The translations under genes were made by a program, and so were the position numbers. Positions 30,981 to 40,744 of a stretch of 64,000 bases of DNA are shown here, piece after piece. The notes beneath the pieces were generated by a model. The model was not told the origin of the DNA, ran no database searches, and saw only the letters and a program-made list of their open reading frames with translations. Source of the DNA: a virus; the IMG/VR virus record IMGVR_UViG_3300024289_000019, positions 32,001-96,000 of that record, one strand, 5' to 3'. Position 1 is the first letter of the stretch; every line of letters starts with the position of its first letter.

Positions 30981-31571
30981 ATGACAGATTTTCCAGTCCC
31001 AGCAGAAACATCTAAAGCGCCAGCAGGTACTGCTGCACGTTTAATCCAAGTTGCTAAATCCCAGGTAGGTTATATCGAGGGACCAAAAGACAACGAGACA
31101 AAATATGGAGCGTACACCAAGGCAAATTTCCAACCTTGGTGTGGAAGTTTTGTAATGTGGTGTGCAAACGAAGCAGGCGTCAAAGTTCCAAATACAGTTT
31201 ATACTCCAGGTGGTGCAGCGGCATTTAAAAAAGCTGGATCTTGGATTGACGGAGACATTGCTGATCCTGAGCCAGGAGATATTGCCTATTTTGATTTTCC
31301 CTCAGATGGCGTTGATCGTATATCTCATGTCGGAATTGTTATTGAAGATAATGAAGACGGGACCGTTTGGTGTGTTGAAGGAAATACTACTGGAGACGGT
31401 AAAAAAGGAAGTCAAAGGAATGGCGGAGAAGCCTGCAAAAAATTACGTGCATATAAGAAAAATAAGAAAAATGTACAAGTTTCAATTGTAGGTTTTGGAA
31501 GGCCAAAATTTAAATCTGGATTATCAACAACTAATGCATCTGGGGCAAAATGCCCTACTTGTGGAAAGTAA
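30981..31571 (+). CDS. CHAP-domain endolysin
   Basis: PWCGSFVMW catalytic Cys, SHVGIV, VEGNT. Confidence 0.85.
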   Translation: MTDFPVPAETSKAPAGTAARLIQVAKSQVGYIEGPKDNETKYGAYTKANFQPWCGSFVMWCANEAGVKVPNTVYTPGGAAAFKKAGSWIDGDIADPEPGDIAYFDFPSDGVDRISHVGIVIEDNEDGTVWCVEGNTTGDGKKGSQRNGGEACKKLRAYKKNKKNVQVSIVGFGRPKFKSGLSTTNASGAKCPTCGK

Positions 31572-31636
31572 TATAAAAATAGTATTGACAATGCCCTGTG
31601 GGAATATGTATAATGTATACCACAGGGTTTCCCCTT

Positions 31637-31709
31637 TGATCCATAGCTCAGTCGGCAGAGCGGGAAGCTGTTAACTTCTAGGTCCCTGGTTCGAGTCCAG
31701 GTGGATCAG
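31637..31709 (+). tRNA. tRNA-Asn (GTT)
   Basis: TGATCCA/TGGATCA acceptor, CTGTTAA loop, GGTTCGAGTCC. Confidence 0.92.
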
Positions 31710-31725
31710 CGAGAGAAAGAAAAAA

Positions 31726-31956
31726 ATGATTGCTCAAGAAAACAAAGTAAACAAGTTAATTAAAAACTTTAAAACAGATTACCAAGAAGCATTTTGGGAC
31801 GGGTATACACTTGTAGTGTGGAAACGTGATCCTTCTGGCTTTTCAAATAAACGTGGAATGTTTAGAAATGAAACTTGGGGCTTAACAACTAGATTTAATA
31901 TGACAGACGGCGGAGTTTGGGATTTGCCTGAGCGTTATGTCAAATATATTAAATGA
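31726..31956 (+). CDS. Hypothetical protein
   Basis: ORF after tRNA. Confidence 0.55.
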   Translation: MIAQENKVNKLIKNFKTDYQEAFWDGYTLVVWKRDPSGFSNKRGMFRNETWGLTTRFNMTDGGVWDLPERYVKYIK

Positions 31957-32248
31957 TCTAGGCGTAGACTCAGATGATTTTGAATGGTGGCATCTAGCGG
32001 CTTGTAATGGAATGGAAACAAATTTATTTTATGATAAATATGAGTCTGATTTCAATATAGCCAAAAATATAGATGAGATGTGTTTGAGTTGTCCAGTTAT
32101 ACAAGAATGTCTGATTGCTGGATATCAAAACAATGAATATGGTGTATGGGGTGGAATATACTTAAATTCTGGTTCAACAGATAAAGCACGTAATGTGCAC
32201 AAAAAACCAGAAATATGGAAAAGATTAAAAGATAAACATGGACATTAA
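31937..32248 (+). CDS. whiB: WhiB-family transcription factor
   Basis: AAC...CLSCPVIQEC...YGVWGG. Confidence 0.9.
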   Translation: MSNILNDLGVDSDDFEWWHLAACNGMETNLFYDKYESDFNIAKNIDEMCLSCPVIQECLIAGYQNNEYGVWGGIYLNSGSTDKARNVHKKPEIWKRLKDKHGH

Positions 32249-32522
32249 TCAATGGACAGGTGAACTCAATAAGCCAGTTTTTTATACAAAAGAAATGGCT
32301 AAAAGAGTTAGAGAAATCAAACAACCAGTTTATGGATTGCAGATGGACATAGTGAAGTTCCCAGAGTTTTTAGCTATAAGATTATATGAAAATAATTTTA
32401 TGCAATACGGAGACGCAGAGAGAATTAGAATTATTGACTATATAGAAATGGTCAAAAAAGTTTTAGAATCTTATGGAGTTCGTGTTGAACTGGAGGGAGC
32501 TAAGGGTGAAAGAATACTATGA
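32238..32522 (+). CDS. Hypothetical protein
   Basis: ORF in operon. Confidence 0.55.
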   Translation: MDINQWTGELNKPVFYTKEMAKRVREIKQPVYGLQMDIVKFPEFLAIRLYENNFMQYGDAERIRIIDYIEMVKKVLESYGVRVELEGAKGERIL

Positions 32523-32699
32523 CAAGATACTTATAGTATGGTTGCATGAAGAGCAGGTATACGGAGATATAGAATCTCTTGGAACCTATGCTTCAAAAGT
32601 CAGGTGGTCAAAAAATGGAGTCGATCACGAAGAATTAATGGAAAATTCAGATTTCACAATAATGGATGAGTTTGTCATCTCACACGTAGAGGAAGAATA

Positions 32700-32936
32700 A
32701 TGGAAAAAATATTATGCTATTCTTGCAGTAAAAGTAAGAATAAATTAAATACTAGACGTTCTGGTTTACTAACAATTAATTTGTTGATGTGCGAAACCTG
32801 TATTGTCTCAAAATATGAACCTAGATGGGTAATTATTTTGGCTGGAAGACAATTTGGGCCAGATCATGTAAAAGATTATATAATTAAAAAAAGATATATT
32901 GGTCAACCAATTTTAGCAGATGAGCTATTAGTTTAA
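32700..32936 (+). CDS. Hypothetical zinc-binding protein
   Basis: CYSC...CETC. Confidence 0.55.
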   Translation: MEKILCYSCSKSKNKLNTRRSGLLTINLLMCETCIVSKYEPRWVIILAGRQFGPDHVKDYIIKKRYIGQPILADELLV

Positions 32937-32964
32937 TAAACATTTTTGGTATAATTGTTATATT

Positions 32965-33261
32965 ATGATTCATATGACAATGACAGAAATGCTACTAATG
33001 CTGGCTATGGCGGTATTTGGTGGTTCCGCAGCAAGACTTATAGAAGTTTGGGGCAAAAGACAAAATAAAAAAAATTTTGATCTTGAAATTGAGCATGAGC
33101 GTACCAATTTAAGGCTAGAACTTGAAAAAGTAAAAAATGCTTTATTAGTTTCTGAAAATGAATTATTAGTCTGGCAAGCAAAATATTATGAAACGCTAGA
33201 AAAGCTTGCCAAAGTAAATTATGAATTATCCCAAATTATGCATAAACTTGATATAAAATAG
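32965..33261 (+). CDS. Membrane-anchored coiled-coil protein
   Basis: N-terminal hydrophobic helix then coiled coil; likely leaderless after TGGTATAAT. Confidence 0.55.
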   Translation: MIHMTMTEMLLMLAMAVFGGSAARLIEVWGKRQNKKNFDLEIEHERTNLRLELEKVKNALLVSENELLVWQAKYYETLEKLAKVNYELSQIMHKLDIK

Positions 33262-33299
33262 GGCTGGACAGTAAATTTTAATTATTATACAATAGGTAT

Positions 33300-33536
33300 A
33301 TGATATCTGAAAAAAGATTAAAGATGTACGCTTTTGGGTTTACTATATTGGTAAATCTTGGAATTGTTTGGTTTATGTATGAAAGATGGAAGTCTGGTCA
33401 AGATCTACTAGTACCAATAATTTTATTTCTAGTTTTAAAAATTAGAATTAACCAATATCTTCAAGAACAAAAAGTTCAGAACCTGATTGAACTACTAAAT
33501 AAAACAAGCAACCTAAGAATCAGAAAGAATAGTTAA
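33300..33536 (+). CDS. Small membrane protein
   Basis: Two hydrophobic segments. Confidence 0.55.
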   Translation: MISEKRLKMYAFGFTILVNLGIVWFMYERWKSGQDLLVPIILFLVLKIRINQYLQEQKVQNLIELLNKTSNLRIRKNS

Positions 33537-33539
33537 TTA

Positions 33540-34100
33540 ATGACTTGTGTTGTTGGTCTCATAAAGAGTGGCAAAGTGTTCCTGGGTTCAGACTCTGCAG
33601 CAGTTGATGAAAAGGGCGGACATATATTTGCCCAAAAAAACCCTAAAGTTTTTACTGTTGGGCAGTATGGTATAGCGTTTATAGATAGTTTTAGAATGGG
33701 CCAAATTCTTCAATATGATTGGTCTCCTCCTAGATTTACTGGAAATGCAAAAGCTTTAGACAAATTTATGAGAACAAAGTTTATTGAATCTGTTAAAGAT
33801 GCATTCAAAGCAGGTGGCTTTGGTAGCATCGGAGCAAACAATGGTGAGGAAGACACTGGCGGTATATTTTTGGTAGCAGTTAGAGGAACAGGTAGATTGT
33901 TTTACATTGATGAAGATTATCAAGTTGGAGAAAACATTATTCCATACTATGCCGAAGGCGCTGGCCAGGACTATGCTTTAGGGTCTTTATTTACTTCACA
34001 GAATATGCGTGATCCGTATAAAAGAATGGAGTTGGCTTTAAATGCAGCATCCCAATTCTCCACAGCAGTCTGTCCACCATATCATTTTATTGAACTATAA
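33540..34100 (+). CDS. Ntn-hydrolase (proteasome beta/HslV-like) protein
   Basis: N-terminal MTCVVG, GSDS, KVF, EGAGQDYALG. Confidence 0.78.
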   Translation: MTCVVGLIKSGKVFLGSDSAAVDEKGGHIFAQKNPKVFTVGQYGIAFIDSFRMGQILQYDWSPPRFTGNAKALDKFMRTKFIESVKDAFKAGGFGSIGANNGEEDTGGIFLVAVRGTGRLFYIDEDYQVGENIIPYYAEGAGQDYALGSLFTSQNMRDPYKRMELALNAASQFSTAVCPPYHFIEL

Positions 34101-34139
34101 CTATTGACAAGATCTATAAAATTTACTAGAATAGTACAC

Positions 34140-35066
34140 ATGAAAACTAAAATAGCTTTATCTTTAATTATCATATTGACAACTATAGCAGGATGTTCTG
34201 CTCTAAAAGCTCAGGCTACTGAGCCTATTAAGCCTTCCGTTGTGATTCTAGATACTTCTGTTAACTCGTCCTTGCCAATTTTTAAGGAAAGAATTATACA
34301 AGAGGTATGTACTTTAGAATGGCCAGTATGCTCAAATCAAACAGGATTCCAGGAAGGACCTGGATCAGCATCTAGCCTATCTTTGGACATTATGAAAACT
34401 AACTCTTTTAAACATGGAACCATTATGGCTTCTATTTCAGCACAAACAAACGCCTATGTTAATATTGTTTTTGTAAGAATTGTAGGATATAAAGATGGTT
34501 ATAGATATAACCCAACTGCAAAATCTGTAATGCAAGCATTGGATTGGGTAATTGCAAATCAATCTAAATACAATATTGTTGCTGTTGCAATGAGTCAAAG
34601 CACTCATGATAAATTAACTTTGGCAAAGCTTTGCCCAACAAATGAATTGTCTCCATATGTAGATAATTTAATTTCAAAAAATATTGCTTTGTTTTTGCCA
34701 GCAGGAAATGATGCAGATTTAAAAAATGTAGATTATCCCTCATGTATTCCTAATGCTATTACAGTAGGTGCTTTAGACAAAAAGGGTAACATTGCCACTT
34801 ATAGCAATGGAAATCCATCTAACGTAGATTTTTATGCTTTAGGACACATAACAACCGCTATTAACCCTACAGGTCAGGTAGAGGCTGTTGTAGGAACCTC
34901 AGCATCTACACAGATTGCTGCAATGCAGTGGGCCACCGTTAAAATGATGAAGCCTGCGTTAACATATAGTGAATTGTTAAATTTGTTAAATACTACCTCA
35001 AATACTGTAATTAATGGTACAATTAAGGGTGGAAAATCAATTAACATAGAAAAGGCGATAAAGTAA
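34140..35066 (+). CDS. Secreted subtilisin-like S8 peptidase
   Basis: Signal peptide; triad motifs ILDT, HGT, GTSAS; AGND oxyanion motif. Confidence 0.85.
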   Translation: MKTKIALSLIIILTTIAGCSALKAQATEPIKPSVVILDTSVNSSLPIFKERIIQEVCTLEWPVCSNQTGFQEGPGSASSLSLDIMKTNSFKHGTIMASISAQTNAYVNIVFVRIVGYKDGYRYNPTAKSVMQALDWVIANQSKYNIVAVAMSQSTHDKLTLAKLCPTNELSPYVDNLISKNIALFLPAGNDADLKNVDYPSCIPNAITVGALDKKGNIATYSNGNPSNVDFYALGHITTAINPTGQVEAVVGTSASTQIAAMQWATVKMMKPALTYSELLNLLNTTSNTVINGTIKGGKSINIEKAIK

Positions 35067-35320
35067 TGGAAAAAGATCCAGCAATAGAAAAGCAACAGTC
35101 AATGCTTGAGGGTATTGTAGCCGATATTGTAGGAGAAGTATTTAGAAAGTGGTTTGACCAGTTGCCAGATGAACAAAAAAATAATGAAGAATCTGTGGCA
35201 ACTTTAGGTAAAAACGCTTCAGACGTTACCTATTTTATTGTTCAGCGCTTTATGGAAAAGTTTAATGAGGCAGCAGAACAGATAAAGAAAGAAGAAGAGC
35301 AAATAAATAATAATGCCTAG
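35066..35320 (+). CDS. Hypothetical protein
   Basis: ORF in operon. Confidence 0.55.
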   Translation: MEKDPAIEKQQSMLEGIVADIVGEVFRKWFDQLPDEQKNNEESVATLGKNASDVTYFIVQRFMEKFNEAAEQIKKEEEQINNNA

Positions 35321-35491
35321 AATTGCTCTTGTAAATTCTGCGATATATGATATCCTAGAGCCTGATAGTTCTTTTGAAACAGAACTTGTTGATATTCCTC
35401 AACAGATACTTGACAAGTATGATAAAGTTATGGAAGAATTTTGGGAAGTTCAAAACCAATTAGAACAGTACCAAAGGGCTCAGGAAACAGA

Positions 35492-35794
35492 ATGATCATA
35501 ACAGATGAAAACTTTGATTCTGTTATAGAATCAAATCAATTAGTATTAGTAGATTTTTGGGCGGAATGGTGCGGTCCATGCCGTAAAGTTTCGCCAATAC
35601 TTGATGAAATATCTCAAGAAAAGAATCTACTTGTGGCTAAGCTTAATGTTGATGACAATATAGTTAAGCCAAAAGATTATGGAGTGGTTTCAATACCGAC
35701 CATGATCTTGTTTAAAGATAGAACCCCAGTAATAAAAATTATCGGGGCAAAGCCAAAACATGTTTTGCTAAAAGAATTAGCAGAATATATATAG
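35492..35794 (+). CDS. trxA: Thioredoxin
   Basis: VDFWAEWCGPC, SIPT. Confidence 0.93.
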   Translation: MIITDENFDSVIESNQLVLVDFWAEWCGPCRKVSPILDEISQEKNLLVAKLNVDDNIVKPKDYGVVSIPTMILFKDRTPVIKIIGAKPKHVLLKELAEYI

Positions 35795-35837
35795 TCTCTA
35801 CGCTCAAATTGAGGTAGATTAAGAAGGAGAAAAAAGA

Positions 35838-36890
35838 ATGAAATCATTCAAGAAAATCGCTCTAGCCGTGGTTGCAGCCATGACAATGAGCACTCTTGTT
35901 GCAACATCTGCAAGTGCTGCACCTATGGTAGTAACTTCTGTCAAGAAGGCAGGAACAACCACTACACTGGGAACCGCAGCAACTACACCGATTACTTTGC
36001 CAGTACCAACAGATAACTCTGTTGATACAGCAGACACAGTCGAGTTTGTTGTAACAGTTGATACAGGAACAGTAGTTTCCGTAGTAGCAACAAATGCAGT
36101 AATTATTGATGCCGTAGCAACAACTGCTGCACCAAAGACAGCGACATCTGGCGCTGCTACATGGTCACAGAATGTTGGAACAGGTACAACAGCAACGTTT
36201 TATGTATATACTAAAACGACAGCAATTGGTTCAGTAGCCATTACAAATGGTGGAACTACAACAACATATTATGTACAAGGAATTGCAGGCGCTATTGATA
36301 AGCTTACACTCGCAGGTGTAGATGCAGCAGCAGCAGGCACATCCGTAACTGTTACAATTGGCGCAGTTGACGTATTCGGAAACAAGATTTCTGGAAAGTC
36401 GATTTCAGCAATTGCTAATGGTGCAACTTTAGATACAGCAACAGTAACAACTGGATCTGGTCTAACTAATTTTGGTGTAGCAGACGTTAAGTTTGTTGCT
36501 CCAGCAACTGGTCCTGTAACAGTAGTTGCATATGCTGCTTCAGCAGATATGGCAACAGCAGTTACTGGTTTCAGTACACCTAATTCTTCAGCAGTCAAGG
36601 TAATCTCTGTTCGTGATATCACAGCAGAACTTGCTGCAGTAACCGCACAACTTGCAGCAGAGAAGGCTGCTCGTGCAACAGATAAGGCAGCAGCAGATGC
36701 TGCCCTTGCAGCAGAGAAGGCTGCTTCTGCTAAGGCTCTTGCCGATGCAGCAGCAAAATCTGCAGCAGATCTTGCTAAGGTAAAGGCAGACAATGATGCC
36801 GCTGTTAAGGCTCTAAAGGATGCTTTCAATGCACTCGCTAAGAAGTGGAATGCAAAGAATCCAAAGGCCAAGGTAACTTTGGTCAAGTAA
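35838..36890 (+). CDS. Secreted Ala/Thr-rich surface protein with Ig-like domains and C-terminal coiled coil
   Basis: Signal peptide MKSFKKIALAVVAA...ASA; AAEKAA repeats; strong RBS. Confidence 0.7.
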   Translation: MKSFKKIALAVVAAMTMSTLVATSASAAPMVVTSVKKAGTTTTLGTAATTPITLPVPTDNSVDTADTVEFVVTVDTGTVVSVVATNAVIIDAVATTAAPKTATSGAATWSQNVGTGTTATFYVYTKTTAIGSVAITNGGTTTTYYVQGIAGAIDKLTLAGVDAAAAGTSVTVTIGAVDVFGNKISGKSISAIANGATLDTATVTTGSGLTNFGVADVKFVAPATGPVTVVAYAASADMATAVTGFSTPNSSAVKVISVRDITAELAAVTAQLAAEKAARATDKAAADAALAAEKAASAKALADAAAKSAADLAKVKADNDAAVKALKDAFNALAKKWNAKNPKAKVTLVK

Positions 36891-36970
36891 TAGGTTTACC
36901 CTATTTACAATCAATTGGGGATATTGTATACTTGTTGTATGATATCCCCAATTTTAGTTAGAGAGAGAAA

Positions 36971-38557
36971 ATGAAACCAAGTCAAAAAATTGTTATTGTA
37001 GGTGGAGGATCTGCTGGCTGGATGGCAGCCTCATCATTGGTAAGTCAATTAGAATCAGCAGACATTACATTAATTGAAAGCCCTTATGTACCATCAATTG
37101 GAGTAGGGGAAAGCACACTTGCTGGGCTACCAGCCTGGTTAAGAGCAATAGGCGTAGACCATAAAGACTTTATGGAGTTTACTGACGCATCATATAAATT
37201 TAGTATTAGGTTTGTTGATTTCCATAAGCTTGGCGACGGAGGATTTCATTACCCATTTGGACATCCAACACTAGAAAATTGCCAACTTCCAGGCGCAAAC
37301 GATTGGCATGTAATGAAGTTACTTTTGCCAGAAACTACAACAACACAAAGTTATGTAGATTCATTATTTCCTCAATCGGTACTGTTTAACAACAGAAAGT
37401 TAAAAAATCCTAAAGACGGCGAACTTGGACCATTCAGATTAGACAGAGATTACGCATTGCATTTTGATGCAATTAAATTTGCTGAATGGCTTTCTGAAAG
37501 ATTTGCAAAGCCGAGAGGCGTCAAGCACATAGAAGCAAATGTAAATGATATTATTACAAATGAAAATGGAATTGAAAAAATAATTCTTGAAGACGGTACA
37601 GAAGTATTTGCTGACATATTTGTTGACTGTACAGGATTTAAGAGCATGTTGCTTGGAAAAGCAATGAATGAGCCTTTTGTAAGTTGGAGCGATAGACTTC
37701 CTGTAAATCATGCTTGGGCAGTACAATTACCATATGAAAATCCAGATGAAGAAGTAGATCTTTACACAAATTGTACAGCATTGGGGCATGGATGGGTATG
37801 GAACGCCCCTTTATATTCTAGAATCGGAACTGGATACGTATATTCGGATAAGTTTACTACAAAAGAAGAAGCCCTAGAAGAATTTAAAGTATATTTAGCT
37901 AAAGATAAGGGGGCTCATCGTGTCCCAGCAGATTCAGCATTTAGACATATTGATTTTAAAACTGGCACATATGCTAGAACTTGGGTAAAAAATGTTGTTG
38001 GAATTGGACTTTCTGCAGCATTCTTAGAGCCACTAGAGTCTAATGGTTTATTCTTTATTCATGAATCCTCAATGATGCTTGCAAGATTGTTGTCTAGAGG
38101 ATATGTTAATGCTATTGATCGTGATTTTTTTAATGGTATAACTAGAAAACACTTTGAATCATTTGCTACATTTTTAGAGTATCATTATTGTTTAAGTTCA
38201 AGAAGAGATACAAAATTCTGGGAATACATGACAACTATGGAAAGAGCTCCAGAACTTTGGAGTGCTCCACCAAATACTCCGTTCCTTGAAGAACTTATAG
38301 ATAAAACTCAAGGTCAGTCTTGGAGGGCAGCAATAGATAGCGGATTCCACTGTATTGCTGTAGGCCATGAGTACTATCCAATATTTAAAGCATCAATTCC
38401 TTATTGGGAGCATGCTAATCATGGAGCAAATTATGAACAAATTGCTGGAAACTTCTATATTAGAACAGAAAAACTACAAAAAAAGTGGAATGATTTTATT
38501 AAAAATGCACCAACTCATTATCAATTCTTAAAGGAGAATTATCATAATGAAAAATAA
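36971..38557 (+). CDS. Flavin-dependent (tryptophan) halogenase family protein
   Basis: GGGSAG FAD motif, IGVGEST, catalytic Lys region ASYKFSI, DCTGF, WVWNAP, FLEPLES. Confidence 0.9.
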   Translation: MKPSQKIVIVGGGSAGWMAASSLVSQLESADITLIESPYVPSIGVGESTLAGLPAWLRAIGVDHKDFMEFTDASYKFSIRFVDFHKLGDGGFHYPFGHPTLENCQLPGANDWHVMKLLLPETTTTQSYVDSLFPQSVLFNNRKLKNPKDGELGPFRLDRDYALHFDAIKFAEWLSERFAKPRGVKHIEANVNDIITNENGIEKIILEDGTEVFADIFVDCTGFKSMLLGKAMNEPFVSWSDRLPVNHAWAVQLPYENPDEEVDLYTNCTALGHGWVWNAPLYSRIGTGYVYSDKFTTKEEALEEFKVYLAKDKGAHRVPADSAFRHIDFKTGTYARTWVKNVVGIGLSAAFLEPLESNGLFFIHESSMMLARLLSRGYVNAIDRDFFNGITRKHFESFATFLEYHYCLSSRRDTKFWEYMTTMERAPELWSAPPNTPFLEELIDKTQGQSWRAAIDSGFHCIAVGHEYYPIFKASIPYWEHANHGANYEQIAGNFYIRTEKLQKKWNDFIKNAPTHYQFLKENYHNEK

Positions 38558-38846
38558 TAAACATATGCAGTGGTTAGAAGCTTTAAAAACTATGAGACAT
38601 AGAAAATATTGGACTAAAGCAAATACGGTTGAGTTTTTTGCTTTTGTTACTAAAGGAACTATTATTATTCCTGGACTACTTTTTGATATGTCAATATGGT
38701 GGCTATATATATTTGCTTTAGTTTCAAGTCTTGGCCTTATTTGGTCGTCAACTGTAAAAACAATACCAACTTTAATTTGGTTTAACATACTTTGGTCAGG
38801 ATTAGCAATAGCTTACATTGCTAAGCATTTTGGACTAATTTTGTAA
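38547..38846 (+). CDS. Membrane protein
   Basis: Three hydrophobic helices; AGGAG RBS. Confidence 0.6.
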   Translation: MKNNKHMQWLEALKTMRHRKYWTKANTVEFFAFVTKGTIIIPGLLFDMSIWWLYIFALVSSLGLIWSSTVKTIPTLIWFNILWSGLAIAYIAKHFGLIL

Positions 38847-39040
38847 TGAATGATATGCGTGGAGTACCCACAGCCGCTTGCCCAAACTGTGGGTCTACCA
38901 TGCTAAATATAAATGCTGTATTTGATCCAGAAACCTACTTAGTAGGATTTTATATGTTAGACTGTAAGTGTGCAGAATGCAATACTTTATTGACTGCACC
39001 TACACCAGTAGATTTGGAGGAAAGAAGATTAGATGCTTGA
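38846..39040 (+). CDS. Small zinc-binding protein
   Basis: CPNCG...CAEC. Confidence 0.6.
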   Translation: MNDMRGVPTAACPNCGSTMLNINAVFDPETYLVGFYMLDCKCAECNTLLTAPTPVDLEERRLDA

Positions 39041-39195
39041 ATTAAAATCTCAGATAGAGATCCAGTCCTTTAATTATGATGTTTGTAGAATTAAAGGATG
39101 TTGGGGTCATGCAGAAGTTTTATGGAGCGGAAAAGAAACTCCAATTATAGATGTTTGTGTAGAACATAGAAAAAGACTTATGGAAGGAGATATAA

Positions 39196-39399
39196 ATGTC
39201 TGATACTAATAGAAAAACCTTGTTAAAAACAGCAAGTTGGGAAACATTTCACTTAGTTGGTGTTGCTGGAGTAATTTATTTATTTACTGGCGAATGGGAA
39301 TATGCTAGTCTTGGAGCCTTGATATATATAGGTTGGGAAGCTCTTGGATATTATATTCATGAAAGAGTTTGGGCTAAATTTGGAAAGAAAATTAAATAG
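39196..39399 (+). CDS. DUF2061-like membrane protein
   Basis: KTLLKTASW...YYIHERVW. Confidence 0.72.
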   Translation: MSDTNRKTLLKTASWETFHLVGVAGVIYLFTGEWEYASLGALIYIGWEALGYYIHERVWAKFGKKIK

Positions 39400-40118
39400 T
39401 GATTAAATCAAAAAAGCTTAAAGTCTCAACAGATTTTGATCATATTCCTAATTTAAAACCATCTAAAAATTACGTACCAGAATGGTACGCAAAGACACCC
39501 ATGTTTATAGGTGGCAAAATGGAATTTACTAAATGGGGAATGAATCCAGGATTAAGAGCATGTGTTCCTTTTATGGATGCATTTTTAACTGGATATACAG
39601 TAGAGTTATGGACTGATTTAGTTGTTGAACAAACTCAATATGGATCGATGATTAGATGGCCAGGGCAAACAGCAGAGCAGGGTCCAGATTATTGGGAGCC
39701 ATTGCAAGCAAGGGGTCCAGAAATTACACATCCAATGCCAGCACCAAATGGTTACGAAAATAAACATTATGCATGGCACAATCCACATTTAATTAAAGCT
39801 CCTCCTGGGTATAGCATTTTGATCACTCAACCGTTAAATCAATACGATTTGCCATTTTTTACAATGAGTGCTGTTGTAGATTGTGATGCTGATTTATTAG
39901 GTTCTGGAAGAATACCTTTCTACGTTAAAGAAGGATTTGAAGGACTTGTTCCTAAAGGCACTCCACTTTATCAGATTATTCCAATTAAAAGAGAGCGTTG
40001 GGAAACAGAAGATAGCCCAGAATTAAAAAAGGACAATAAGAGAAGGATATGGCAAGTAGGGTCTGTTTTGACTGGATGGTATAGAAATAACCTCTGGAAC
40101 AAAAAAGAATACCACTAA
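39399..40118 (+). CDS. Hypothetical beta-rich protein (DUF6065-like)
   Basis: CVPFMDAFLTGY, PPGYSILITQP, GTPLYQIIPIKRE. Confidence 0.5.
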   Translation: MIKSKKLKVSTDFDHIPNLKPSKNYVPEWYAKTPMFIGGKMEFTKWGMNPGLRACVPFMDAFLTGYTVELWTDLVVEQTQYGSMIRWPGQTAEQGPDYWEPLQARGPEITHPMPAPNGYENKHYAWHNPHLIKAPPGYSILITQPLNQYDLPFFTMSAVVDCDADLLGSGRIPFYVKEGFEGLVPKGTPLYQIIPIKRERWETEDSPELKKDNKRRIWQVGSVLTGWYRNNLWNKKEYH

Positions 40119-40181
40119 TGCTATAATTGTAGTAGACCAAAAGCATGCTGGTCTAATTAATAAAACCTATAGGAGAGAAAA

Positions 40182-40382
40182 ATGACAGACGGTATTAACA
40201 CCACAGGGTTTACAGACCCAAAGATTAACCCATCTTCGCCATGGGCAACAGAGTCTTATACAGAAGCACCTGCTTCGGCATTTCCAGCTAAGGATATGTC
40301 AACTCAAGGTAATGCAGGATTGAACCAAGAAGGTTCTTCTGCTGCAGGAGAATCTGCTGGCGATTATTCGGAGTCACTATAA
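40182..40382 (+). CDS. Low-complexity acidic peptide
   Basis: Own TGCTATAAT promoter, AGGAG RBS. Confidence 0.6.
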   Translation: MTDGINTTGFTDPKINPSSPWATESYTEAPASAFPAKDMSTQGNAGLNQEGSSAAGESAGDYSESL

Positions 40383-40744
40383 TGTGCGACATGTGCGGAT
40401 GCTCAACTGTATCATCACCAACAGTTTCTGATCAATCAATCCAAAATGAATCTTCAATTTATCTTGGAGCAATAATGGGAATTGATTCAGAGAACGTATT
40501 GGGTGCTGTCGGAGACGCCGCCAACCGTGGATAACGGAACTGGCGTAACTCCGCCACCAAATAACGAATCTTCTGGAGCAACAACATCCAAAGACACTAT
40601 TAATTTAAATGCTGATCAGGGTGGCAAGCGAAAGAAAAATTCGTTACATATTGGTTCAGTTTCAGATTCTATAAAGAATCCTAACTGATAGTATTAAAAT
40701 GCGGCCCCATAGAGATATGGGGCTGTATTAATTTAGGGAGAAGA

